This document shows, one piece after another, positions 13,007-25,365 of a stretch of DNA of 64,000 nt. The position numbers and the translations under genes were made by a program. Position 1 is the stretch's first letter. Each line of letters begins with the position of its first letter. The notes beneath the pieces are model-generated. The model had not been told where the DNA came from. It saw only the letters and a program-made list of their open reading frames with translations, and did no database searches. The stretch is from Laetmonice hystrix (Eukaryota), in NCBI GenBank assembly GCA_965235115.1, contig OZ249436.1, forward strand, positions 41,046,001 to 41,110,000. The letters run 5' to 3'.

Positions 13007-14612
13007 TACCGGGCCCCTGTCACCTGGTTAAGTCTCCTAGACGCGTCACTACCGGGCCCCTGTCACCTGGTTAGTCTCCTAGACGCGTCACTACCGGGCC
13101 CCTGTCACCTGGTTAGTCCCCTAGACGCGTCACTACCGGGCCCCTGTCACCTGGTTAGTCCCCTAGACGCGTCACTACCGGGCCCCTGTCACCTGGTTAA
13201 GTCTCCTAGACGCGTCACTACCGGGCCCCTGTCACCTGGTTAGTCTCCTAGACGCGTCACTACCGGGCCCCTGTCACCTGGTTAGTCTCCTAGACGCGTA
13301 ACTACCGGGCCCCTGTCACCTAGTTAGTCTCCTAGACGCGTCACTACCGGGCCCCTGTCACCTGGTTAGTCCCCTAGACGCGTCACTACCGGGCCCCTGT
13401 CACCTGGTTAGTCTCCTAGACGCGTCACTACCGGACCCCTGTCACCTGGTTAGTCCCCTAGACGCGTCACTACCGGGCCCCGGTCACCTGGTTAGTCTCC
13501 TAGACACGTCACGACCGGGCCCCTGTCACCTGGTTAAGTCTCCTAGACGCGTCACTACCGGGCCCCTGTCACCTGGTTAAGTCTCCTAGACGCGTCACTA
13601 CCGGGCCCCTGTCACCTGGTTAGTCTCCTAGACGCGTCACTACCGGGCCCCTGTCACCTGGTTAAGTCTCCTAGACGCGTCACTACCGGGCCCCTGTCAC
13701 CTGGTTAAGTCTCCTAGACGCGTCACTACCGGGCCCCTGTCACCTGGTTAGTCCCCTAGACGCGTCACTACCGGGCCCCGGTCACCTGGTTAGTCTCCTA
13801 GACACGTCACGACCGGGCCCCTGTCACCTGGTTAAGTCTCCTAGACGCGTCACTACCGGGCCCCTGTCACCTGGTTAAGTCTCCTAGACGCGTCACTACC
13901 GGGCCCCTGTCACCTGGTTAGTCTCCTAGACGCGTCACTACCGGGCCCCTGTCACCTGGTTAAGTCTCCTAGACGCGTCACTACCGGGCCCCTGTCACCT
14001 GGTTAAGTCTCCTAGACGCGTCACTACCGGGCCCCTGTCACCTGGTTAGTCTCCTAGACGCGTCACTACCGGGCCCCTGTCACCTGGTTAGTCTCCTAGA
14101 CGCGTAACTACCGGGCCCCTGTCACCTAGTTAGTCTCCTAGACGCGTCACTACCGGGCCCCTGTCACCTGGTTAGTCCCCTAGACGCGTCACTACCGGGC
14201 CCCTGTCACCTGGTTAGTCCCCTAGACGCGTCACTACCGGGCCCCTGTCACCTGGTTCGTCCCCTAGACGCGTCACTACCGGGCCCCTGTCACCTGGTTA
14301 GTCCCCTAGACGCGTCACTACCGAGCCCCGGTCACCTGGTTAGTCTCCTAGATACGTCACGACCGGGCCCCTGTCACCTGGTTAAGTCTCCTAGACGCGT
14401 CACTACCGGGCCCCTGTCACCTGGTTAAGTCTCCTAGACGCGTCACTACCGGGCCCCTGTCACCTGGTTAAGTCTCCTAGACGCGTCACTACCGGGCCCC
14501 TGTCACCTGGTTAGTCTCCTAGACGCGTCACTACCGGGCCCCTGTCACCTGGTTAGTCCCCTAGACACGTCACGACCGGGCCCTGTCACCTGGTTAAGTC
14601 TCCTAGACGCGT
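13007..14612. repeat. 42/43-bp minisatellite, about 38 copies, directly after the kinase stop codon
   Basis: Unit taccgggcccctgtcacctggtta(a)gtctcctagacgcgtcac, head-to-tail with no spacers. Confidence 0.97.
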
Positions 14613-15499
14613 ACACATCCGACAACATACGTCTGTCTTCGACGACAGGTAACGGAATTAGTGGTGATCGAATTGTTCAGGAAGCCCGTTAACATTTTGT
14701 CGATATCTGTGGGAGCAATCTCTCCTCCTAAAATGTTGCCTGAGAATTTCACAGCGTTTTTTATCAGCGTTTACCAGGTGGAGAGGCAAGGAACGTTATG
14801 TCTGACATAATAAATAAAAACGTATAATGATATGTTATGATGTCATTCCATTTATGTGCAGGACAATACTGTGTCACCCAGTTTACCCATGTGTGTAACC
14901 TGAATCGTTATTATTATCCGTATCTATATAAGAAAACTGGGTTAAAATGCTATTTTAGTTCTTCAAAAGCAATATGGTCACACAATGAGGAACTCAAACA
15001 TGTTCATACTATTAGGACGTCCATACTTACATCAGTCTTACTTTTTGAGTTATTTATGAGTGCTGACATATTTTGTTCTTTTATCGCCGTGTAAATATTA
15101 CGTTCTTTGTTTATGTCTAATGGTGCTATACTTTAGGGATAGAAGGATCTGTCTTATCGCTAGATTTACATAATGCTGTGCGTTCAGTGATGCATCGCTT
15201 CGATATTACTATGAGGATCCATTGAAGAAATTAATGTTCAAGCATTGGTGATAGGCCAACCCGCGAATAGCTGTAATTAAGAAAGATCCCAAAGGTCGTG
15301 AAGTACGGGGTTATTGCCCACGCTCTCGGCTAGCGTTCGGAAAACAATAATAATTGGGTCAACTGTGACGGGATTTAGGAAATTGACACACCATTGGAAA
15401 GAGGAGGGTTTGCCCTATCAGATACACTTGGTATACAACTTATATCTAGTTAGTATCATTTTCTCACAAAATGATGATTTTTAGGATTTTTTTCTGAGA

Positions 15500-17971
15500 C
15501 GTCCTGTATAATTATATTATCAACAGCCTTTAATATTGTAATGTTTGAATTACTTGGTCCTGCTGTTGTATTATGAATTATCATACAGTCTCTAATATTG
15601 TAATTGTTAAGAGAAGTACGCGGTCCTGCTATTCTATATTTATACAGCCTCTAATATTGTAATGAGTGAGAGAAGTACGTGGTCCTGCTGTTGTATTATT
15701 ATACAGCCTCTAATATTGTAATGAGTGAGAGAAGTACGTGGTCCTGCTGTTGTATTATTATAGAGCCTCTAATATTGTAATGATTGAGAGAAAAAGTGGT
15801 CCTGCTGTTGTATTATTATGCAGCCTCTAATATTGTAATGATTGAGAGAAGTATGTGGTCCTGCTGTTCTATACAGCCTCTAATATTGTGATGATTGAGA
15901 GAAGTACGTGGTCCCGCTGTTGTATTATTATAGAGCCTCTAATATTATAATGATTGAGAGAAGTACGTGGTCCTGCTGTTGTATTATTATACAGCCTCTA
16001 ATATAGCAATGATTGAGAGAAGTACGTGGTCCTGCTGTTGTATTATTATGCAGCCTCTAATATTGTAATGAGTGAGAGAAGTACGTGGTCCTGCTGTTGT
16101 ATTATTATACGGCCTCTAATATAGCAATGATTGAGAGAAGTACGTGGTCCTGCTGTTGTATTATTATACAGCCTCTAATATAGCAATGATTGAGAGAAGT
16201 ACGTGGTCCTGCTGTTCTATAATTATACAGCCTCTAATATTGTAATGAGTGAGAGAAGTACACTCTTAGAAATAAGGGTTCTTAGAGGTTCTTTGTAGAA
16301 CTTCGAAGTTCCACATGGAACCAAAGGGTTCTATACGAGGTGAAGGGTTCTTTGTAGGAAAGTTGGGTTCCATGTGGAACCAAAAGGTTCTATACGGCGG
16401 AGAAGGGTTCCTTGTAGGAAAGTTAGGTTCCACGTGGAACCAAAATGTTCTATACAGAGTAAAAGGGTTCCTGTTATGAATGTAAAGTTCCACAATGAAC
16501 CTTTCTTTAGTTCTTTAGGCCCCTAAACTTTATTGACTCAGACGAAGGTTGTTCAATCAACATTATTTAATAGCCTCTAAGGATCTTGACACCTTTGACG
16601 ACTGCAGAGAAACTATTTATTATAGTCTGATAAGCATTATTTAAAATAACTCTGACTACGTATAGAGATAGGTTGTTTGAGGTTCCCAGTAGAACTTCTG
16701 AGTTACTTGTGGCACCTGTTTTTTTTTTAAGTTCTAAAAAAATTTAGAGTTCCTTGTGGAACCCGGAGGAAAGGTTTTAAGGGTTCTTTGAAATGTTGAG
16801 GGTTCTATGTAGAACTCTTCTAGAAAAAAGGGTTCCATACAAGAAGCCAAGCACGAGTTGACCCTCAACCCCGACGTGTCATAAAAGGGGCCTACATATG
16901 AACGCCGGCTAATACGACCATGGCATAGATTAATAATAATATTAATACAGTCTTTGTCATATGGTGATGAGTGGAAGGTCAAAAAGTTGCCTAATTAGGC
17001 CCCCATGAAGTGTGGTTCGTTAACATTTGTCTAGGAAACACCATCTTTGCAGGCCAGAAGACGTTATGTTAACTCCTTGGTTGAGACAGTCGATATTTTC
17101 AGACGGAGTAGCTTATGCTGCAGACGTTTGAACTTTTATACAAATGAACCTGTGAATTCACCTGGCCATAAGGTTCGCACCAACTGGTTCCAAACTAGTT
17201 TAGATCCAGTATTGGCTTATTTTATGTCTATTTTGGACAAAAAAGTTCTTTATAGAACCCCTGGGGATTGGTTCTTTGAACAACCTTTTGTTTGAAGTTC
17301 CCGGAAGAACCTTAAATAAAGGTTCCCGGTCGGAGAGAACCTTTGACGATTCCACTCTGAACCTTTCTCAGGGTTCCATATTGAACCTTTAATATTGTTC
17401 CCCATACTAAGGAAAGTGAAGATAATGGTTCTGCGAATAACCTTTTGAAGTTTCCCGAAGAACCTACATAGGTTCTGCATGGAACCTTATATCTGTCCGA
17501 TTTGGGGTTCCACAGGGAACCTAGATGTAAGGTTCTGTGAAGAACCCAACTGGGTTCCGAATACGTGCCAAGGCATAGAACCCAGAAAGGTTCCAGTCAG
17601 AACCATTTATTCTAAGAGTGTACGTGGTCCTGCTGTTCTATAATTATACAGCCTCTAATATTGTAATGATTGAGAGAAGTATGTGGTCCTGCTGTTGTAT
17701 TATTATGCAGCCTCTAATATAGCAATGATTGAGAGAAGTACGTGGTCCTGCTGTTGTATTATTATACAGCCTCTAATATAGCAATGATTGAGAGAAGTAC
17801 GTGGTCCTGGTGTTGTATTATTATACAGCCTCTAATATTGTGATGATTGAGAGAAGTACGTGGTCCTGCTGTTCTATAATTATACAGCCTCTAATGTTGT
17901 GATGATTGAGAGAAGTACGTGGTCCTGCTGTTCTATAATTATACAGCCTCTAATGTTGTGATGATTGAGAG
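15500..17971. repeat. 59-bp minisatellite (about 13 + 6 copies) split by a transposon
   Basis: Unit tacagcctctaatattgtaatgattgagagaagtacgtggtcctgctgttgtattatta at about 15500-16260 and 17621-17971. Confidence 0.95.
16261..17620. mobile_element. Non-autonomous CMC/EnSpm-like DNA transposon
   Basis: TIR CACTCTTAGAA / TTCTAAGAGTG, TA duplication of the array unit (gaagTA|element|TAcgtgg), dense subterminal GGTTC/GAACC repeats, no transposase ORF. Confidence 0.88.
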
Positions 17972-19092
17972 TAATGGTTTGACAACCCAACAATAACTTC
18001 CACACAGACACTGGGATTCGTTACGACACATCGGAGACACCACTGTGTGCCAGTTTCCGGGAGTTCGGGATGGGTCTCTCGACAAGACATATAGGAGCCC
18101 GCGAAATACCGCCAGGATGGAGTCTACTACTCACGAATCTCAAGTCTATCTGTCAATCTGCTTGTTATTTGGGAAAATTTTGGCCCAAAAGATAAAAATA
18201 TCTCGGGAAAATGGACATCTGCAGGGTTCTTGCAGCTTTCGTTAATCGTATTTCATACGCTGGACATTTGTTAATATTTTAACCAACATGAGCTATGATC
18301 ATTGTTAGTCGTGAATAAATTATATTTTTGAAAAATAGTCTGTTCAGTCAATCATTGTTACAAGTGGTGTTATGGACATCAACTTTCAAAGCCAATCCAT
18401 GGGCATGTAATTATTATGTGCAGGCTACCTGATTTTTTTTTTATATATTAAATATTATTTTTATTTTTCTGGCCAGATAAGACAAAAAGAACCAATTACG
18501 GAAAATCCCATCTACCTGATGGTTTTATCTAAAGACATTGAGAAAGGATTAGTCGTGGACAATTTCCTTGTTTTAACTCAAACTGCAACTAGATCCCATT
18601 GAGAAATTATATTGAAAACGGGATAGATCATTTTGCAGAAATCTGGGCTCTAGTTGTTAATCGATTTAACGAGATGTGTTTTTTGTGTGTGTTTTATTTT
18701 GCAGTAAAACATTGTCCTACATTTCAAATTACAATGAATTCATTCAGCCAACACTTAATACAGTTGACTTCATCACAGAATTAATATTATCTGCACAAGA
18801 AACATAATAACATTCTCTGGGTAAAAGAGAGAAAGGCCAATAAAATGGACAGCGTCTGAAACCAAAGTTTTCTGTAGGTCATTCAGCAGGAGTTTTATAG
18901 GGCAGCGATATATTACTGCTTGCGTTATTGGAGCACTTACTTGGTAAAACTAGATGAGGTTATAACTAGTGTCCCTACTCAGTCCGTAGAATTCGAGCAT
19001 TAAAAAAACATACGATCAGGCCTATGCCTTCATGAAATCATATTTTCTATCGATCATACACGGTGTCGCTGGATGACCCCGGAGCCCGTCTA

Positions 19093-22000
19093 CTAGTCGG
19101 TGCCCGCATCCTCCCGGATATCGTCACCGTCGTCGTCGATGTCGTCGACGAGCACGCCGGGCGCCATGAAGATTCCCATGATGCCGAGCCCACGCACGTG
19201 TTCCCGTGCCTTCTTACGGAGCATGGCGATACTGGTCTGACGGCGGTCATCGGCCGTCCCGCCGCCGCCGCCGCCGCCCGGGGTCCCGAGCGGGGTCCCG
19301 AGCAGGGGCGGCGGCAGGGACGGCGGAAGGACCGGTAGTAGGGGAGAGAGCGTCTTGCCGGTCGTTGGACTACACCGGGCTTCACCGCTCACTTCCGACG
19401 AGCTGCCATTCTTAGATTTCGATTTTTCTTGTTTGCGCCATTTTGCCCGTCGATTCTGGAACCAAACCTGAAAAGAAAGTTCGATTATGTATGTGTATGA
19501 TTGTGTATGGTAAAAGTGGGCCTTACATATTGTAATAAAATCTGGGGGTGTTTTTTACTTATTCCCTCCTGGTGTGTTTTTAGTTGATGTTGCTTTTTTC
19601 TCCTTTTTTTTCCTTCTTTTCTTTCTTTTCAACTTCAGCGCAGCCATTTAAACGGCTCTATAACAATATAAGTAGTCTATGAAAACACCCGTTTGTAGCA
19701 GTATACGCAGCACTTGGCATGGCCTCGTGCGGTTCGCTTTTCTCGGCCTTGTTTTCGCTGGAAAGGCTTTGTTACCTATAGCATTTATATGTTTTAGCTC
19801 TTATTAATAGAATAGTATCACGTCGCATCTGCTAAAGCTTTATTACTATCCCACTCAAGTGGATACGTGTGCAACGAATTTGTTTGTACTTTGGTGAAAC
19901 ATATACCTTATGAAGAATAGGATAATTTGAAGGAGAAAAGACGACTGAAGAAAAAGTAGAAGAAGAGGAAGAAGAAGAAGAGGAGGAGGGGGAAGAAGAA
20001 GAAGATCACCTTGAGACTAACTGAAAAAATAATAGGAACTTTCTTGCTGTCTCTGGCCACATTCTGACCACGACATCTACAAGCACATGCTGAGAGGGTC
20101 GGAAAGGTCTGCTAAATGCCATGTTCCACTTGATTCAATATCAATTAATCTTGGATGAAGTCGTAAAAGCACTGCCGTCTGCAGTTGAAAGGCGACACAC
20201 TAATCCTATAAATCAAGCAAAATTAGATCCCCTTGCTGACACCATGATCCTGAACACGACATTAGGTGCGCGTCGGGGAAATCGATGTATTTGTACACCT
20301 GAACGGGTGTTCATTTCAATCCGTTTGTCCGGAGACAAGCGAGGTGGTAGCGGTGAAGAGGCGTATTGTTTCTGGGGAGTGTGGTCGGGTCGGCCCGGCC
20401 GGTTGGCAGGCAGCAGGGGTCCCGGGCTTCATGTGGACTGAGAACTGACTGAGTTATGACACTACCACGTGCTCCGGTCTCACGCAGACCTCTCGGTCCC
20501 CTGTGCTGGTCCCAGGCACCGTTCACAAGATCATCGCGTTTATGGCGCGCCAGTATAGACACACTGTGTTGGGACTTTTTATTATCATGATCAGTTTCAG
20601 AGGATATGATCTCTTTGCGACTGATAAAATACTCTTTTTTTTTATTTAAGCGGCGATGCTTATATTGCAGGCGTGCCATTGGGATAATTGTTTCGTTTTT
20701 CTATCAGGTATTTGTCATGATAATCATTAGGTGAAAATGTTTCCAATTCGTGTCTGATCGAGGTTAACTGTTTTAGTTTGGTTCAGTTCCCATCCTGACA
20801 TTTCTAAAAGCAACAAAGCTACTAATAAGTAGGAATAATCGTTAAAAGTACACATCCGCAACAGTGCAACTTAGTGTATACTTGAGGTGGGAAAGAGTGC
20901 GGGGTTGTGGAGAATACCTGGAGAAGGCTCCACTTAGCGCCGTGTATACTTGAGGTGGGAAAGAGTGTGGGGTTGTGGAGAATACCTGGAGAAAGATCCA
21001 CTTAGCGCCGTGTATACTTGAGGTGGGAAAGAGTGCGGGGTTGTGGAGAATACCTGGAGAAAGCTCCACTTAGCGCCGTGTATACTTGAGGTGGGAAAGG
21101 GTGTGGGGTTGTGGAGAATACCTGGAGAAAGCTCCACTTAGCGCCGTGTATACTTGAGGTGGGAAAGGGTGTGGGGTTGTGGAGAATACCTGGAGAAAGC
21201 TCCACTTAGCGCCGTGTATACTTGAGGTGGGAAAGGGTGTGGGGTTGTGGAGAATACCTGGAGAAAGCTCCACTTAGCGCCGTGTATACTTGAGGTGGGA
21301 AAGGGTGTGGGGTTGTGGAGAATACCTGGAGAAAGCTCCACTTAGCGCCGTGTATACTTGAGGTGGGAAAGGGTGTGGGGTTGTGGAGAATACCTGGAGA
21401 AAGCTCCACTTAGCGCTGTGTATACTTGAGGTGGGAAAGAGTGCGGGGTTGTGGAGAATACCTGGAGAAAGCTCCACTTAGCGCCGTGTATACTTGAGGT
21501 GGGAAAGAGTGCGGGGTTGTGGAGAATACCTGGAGAAAGCTCCACTTAGCGCCGTGTATACTTGAGGTGGGAAAGAGTGTGGGGTTGTGGAGAATACCTG
21601 GAGAAAGCTCCACTTAGCGCCGTGTATACTTGAGGTGGGAAAGAGTGTGGGGTTGTGGAGAATACCTGGAGAAAGCTCCTCTGGTATTCCCAAGAGAGGA
21701 TCTCTGTGCGCTATACCCTGACGCCCATCACAACCACCAGCAACTTCCGTGACGAAAGTTCCTCGGGGTTTAGTCCTAAATTGAACCAGTCGCTGATCTA
21801 CCTGGCATGCTCTCCGTCTGTAAGGGCGTACACCCTTCCTAGATTACCTTTAACAGGTTTGTATTTCTATAATCCCTCGATGTTCTTTGATTAAACCCCC
21901 GACACGGCACGCTGAGGCAGAATCGCTTCTATACAATGGCGGAATTCTCAAAATATGACACTGCGCCTTTGGTGAATTCTCAAAATATGACACTGTGCCT

Positions 22001-22689
22001 TTGGTGGTCTGTAATTCCACTAACGAAAGAATTCTTGAGCAAAGACGTCTTTGGAAAGACGTCTTTGCGGGGCCAATGTTAAAGAATAGAAAGTTCAAAA
22101 GTAACGGGCGTATGTTATGTCTGCCTCATTCGGACAAGCTATAGGCCTTCTCCAGAATAAAAAAAAACAAATGCACTTTAAAACAATGACATATACCTTA
22201 AGCAAGAAATAACACCAGGTTTCTGTTATTTAGAACACCCTCGGTGGGGTATACTTACCTGTACTCTGGCTTCGCTGAGATTCAACCTGATCGCTAGAGC
22301 ATCGCGCATGAATATGTCTGGGTAGTGCGTAGTTTGAAAGGCCCGTTCTAATTCGTCAATTTGCCACGACAGGAAATTCGTACGCATTCGCATTCTTCGA
22401 CTCCGTTTCTGCGCCGCCGTCATTTCTTTGCCTGCAGAGACGACAGGGTGAATGTGTAACTCGGATAATAATGACATAGATAGCACAATACTATGTATTG
22501 AATTACATGATCCCTACCTGACTTGTCCTGTTTGCCAGGCTCCTCGTGCGTACATGATAGGTCCCCTATCTTCTCCAGTAAAAAGTCCTCGTTTGGATCC
22601 TTACGTTTCAGACTACAATCTAGCGGCGCGGATATGCCAAGGATCTTTTCTATCCCAAACGAAAGCTCTGGTCTTGAAGAACTTGCCAT
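19093..22689 (-). CDS. UNCX: PRD-class (Q50) homeobox protein, Uncx/unc-4-like, 239 aa, with N-terminal eh1 and C-terminal OAR motif
   Basis: Exons 22689-22518, 22431-22259, 19467-19093 (phases 1, 0; 720 nt). Homeodomain [56 protein letters not shown] with the typical PRD-class intron position; FGIEKILG (eh1); [15 protein letters not shown] (OAR). The symbol reflects closest family, not proven orthology. Confidence 0.9.
20870..21679. repeat. 68-bp minisatellite, about 12 copies, in homeobox intron 2
   Basis: Unit cttagcgccgtgtatacttgaggtgggaaagagtgcggggttgtggagaatacctggagaaagctcca. Confidence 0.97.
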
Positions 22690-23933
22690 ATTCCTCTATT
22701 CCCACTTTTGGCAGAATTTAACGACTGCTTCCCCTATCCCGCGCTAGTTCTTGCCCTATTTCAAAGTTCTTGACGCCTTCGGAAGTTTTTTCCAACAATG
22801 CCTGCCCATGGTCGCACACCGGCATTTATTCCCCCCTCGGACCCCTGTTGGACGTTGGCATTCGGCATTCGCACGTTATATTTACTTCCATAAATTATCA
22901 TCGTTATCGTTAACGTTGTTTGGTAATTGCTCAGCCTATCGTTTGGCGTCGCCTTGCGGCAACCGTTTGCCCATCACTGCTCTAGCACTCGGCCAATATT
23001 TGAGCAATGCGCAGTTTCGCTGTCTCGCTACTGTAAACCTGGTGTAAAGAGACGGGAGTAAAGCACGATTAACACAGCGGGTTGTTTACCTCGACAACGA
23101 CAATGAATAAGTTATTGAGGAAAGCGCATAATTGAAATCCAATCTAAAAGTCTATTCCGACCGGTTGTAATGTGATATGAAATTGCTTTTACCGCTATTC
23201 AACACCTCTCTCGAAGAGTGCATGTCACTTACTTTTTTCTAACCGCTGTTGTTGAAAAAACAGTTCTATATGTTTTTGAGACTGCAAAGATGTATAACCC
23301 AAGATTACGACGATACTTGAGTGAGATTTCCATTCGTTTGAAATTGAACTTCTACATAATTTTACGGTTTTCTCTATAAGATCGATCTGTCAGACTGGGT
23401 AATGTAGAAGACCGGGCTTTCATTGTTGAGACGGTCACAGCGTCAGCCTGCACTTTATCGAATTGGTCAGAGACGATTAATGATCCTTGCATGGTGCGTG
23501 GCTGGTGGAGCTGGTTGGCTAACAGTGGTGGGAAGGCCATGGGTTTATCCACCTGCTGCCCTGCCGACCGCTGCCTGCCTCTCCATTAGAACAAATGTAA
23601 TCGGGGTAAGATTACGCCCACATATACAAACATTGACGAGATTAAATTAGTGCTTTATGCTGGCATTGATCGTACTTGCTTGGCTTCATGAAAAATGGAA
23701 AGTTACTTTTCCTACATTTTATTGTCTCGTATATAAAGCTGGTAAAAGCAGTTTACTTTGTCATTGGCATCATCATGCATGGGTCTGAAAGTATATACGG
23801 AAGATACAGTCTGCCACGACAGTAATGTGTACGTCTGATTATCAAGACCAAAAATGTATGCAGTCATGGCGGGACATTCGAACGGCACCTATAACAAAAC
23901 TGAAAACGGTGACTCCATTATGGCTTATTAATC

Positions 23934-24079
23934 CAGTGGCGTAACCAGGGGTGCTTGGGGTGCCCAAGCACACCCCTCAATTTGCCCATTTTTTTGTGCG
24001 CTTGTTGGCACTTTGCAACTGCCTACCTACGACGTTATTTCAAGCACCCCTCTGGGTCCAGTTTCTGGGTACGCCACTG
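23934..24079. mobile_element. MITE with CAGTGGCG termini and 5-bp TSD (hAT5-like)
   Basis: taatc|cagtggcgtaaccag...ctgggtacgccactg|taatc. Confidence 0.7.
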
Positions 24080-24354
24080 TAATCTGTATGTTTTCAAATT
24101 AATGTCAGGTAACTGCTTGCGCTTAAAATCTCAGACTGCATGGATCTCAAAATTGATTATGCAATTCAAAATAATCAATACTATTACATTATCTTACAAA
24201 AAATGCGCCCCCATGCGCAAATTTGCAACTTGAACATTTCACAAAATGGTCACCTTCCGGGAATTTTCAGTCTCAATATGAGAAATGAAAAGCGCATTGA
24301 TGATCATTCCAACTTTTTCTGTCTCTATGCCTCTGTCTTTCTCTATCTGTCTCC

Positions 24355-24450
24355 CTTCGTTCGTTCGTTCGTTCGTTCCTCTCTCTCTCTCTCTCTCTTT
24401 CTCTCGCGCTCTCTCTCTCCCTCTCTCTCCCTCTCTCTCTCTCTCTCTTT
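24355..24450. repeat. (TTCG)n/(TC)n microsatellite
   Basis: Directly visible. Confidence 0.9.
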
Positions 24451-25144
24451 TCCGATCAAAGGTCACATGAATACCTTGTGCAGTCAGTCGTCTGTGAGGG
24501 AGCAGCCTTGGCCAACACGAGACCGACGGGTCTCCGTGTTTGGACGGCCACGCGCACCCCATGTTGATACACGTCTCGGCTGACGACACCTTATACACTT
24601 GGACAGCAAAGTACCAATAAAGTGTGCGCCTGTCATCATCAGAAGCCATTAAAAGTGGCTGAATTATTAAATCTCGGTCGACACACTCGGCGGCAGGCCA
24701 CACCTGCAGTTCCCGATAGCTTCCGGTGGCCGCGTGCGCATGACAATAGTAGCGCCATCTGATATAACAGCACAGTTTCACACCACTCGGCACACCGCTC
24801 GACTGACTGACGTCATGTCTCGGCTGTACGACGGAAGTCGCCATGTTGGGGGGTGGGGTGGGTGGGTGGCTAGGTCGGGATGCCTGTGTCAGACTTTACG
24901 GAGTTAGAATATCTGTTGTGTCTCTATACGGTAGAATATTTGAGAAGGATAGGTAGACTCTATGTTGAGAAATTAGATTTGAACTATGTGCCTGTGCGTA
25001 GGGGGAAATTCGACTATTTACTGCTCATCTCTACATGCGATGCCGCTTTACACGACTTTGCACAAATCCTGGGGAAATGGCCGCTTCATACATCCGAGGC
25101 CTCCGGATATGACCTAGAAACAGCCAATCAGAAGCAGTGTCGGT

Positions 25145-25365
25145 GTTCCGAGTGAGTTTCTCTTCATTCGGGATTCCCTCGGGCATATGACGTCATTTCT
25201 GCATATACCCTCGGGTGAATTGGGCGCCATTATGGCAACCAGATACATGGCGAAATCGACCTGTGTAGCGAGGCACTGAGTGAACCGTCATATCCCATCG
25301 AGCCAGGAAATAGTGCATTATTGAAACCTGCTCCTTGGCCTCGTATGTGCAAATATAAATTTCAT
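25145..25365. repeat. Dispersed repeat fragment, with an inverted copy at about 45870-46078
   Basis: Shared gtgtagcgaggcactgagtgaaccgtcatatcccatcgagccaggaa and flanking sequence. Confidence 0.75.

Noticed and set aside
13007..14612. CRISPR-like regular repeats (also the 59-, 68-, 72- and 52-bp arrays)
   Set aside because: Units are head-to-tail with no unique spacers, there are no cas genes, and the context is spliceosomal eukaryotic DNA.
20842..21693. Series of near-identical 67-aa ORFs
   Set aside because: Artefact of the 68-bp intronic tandem repeat.
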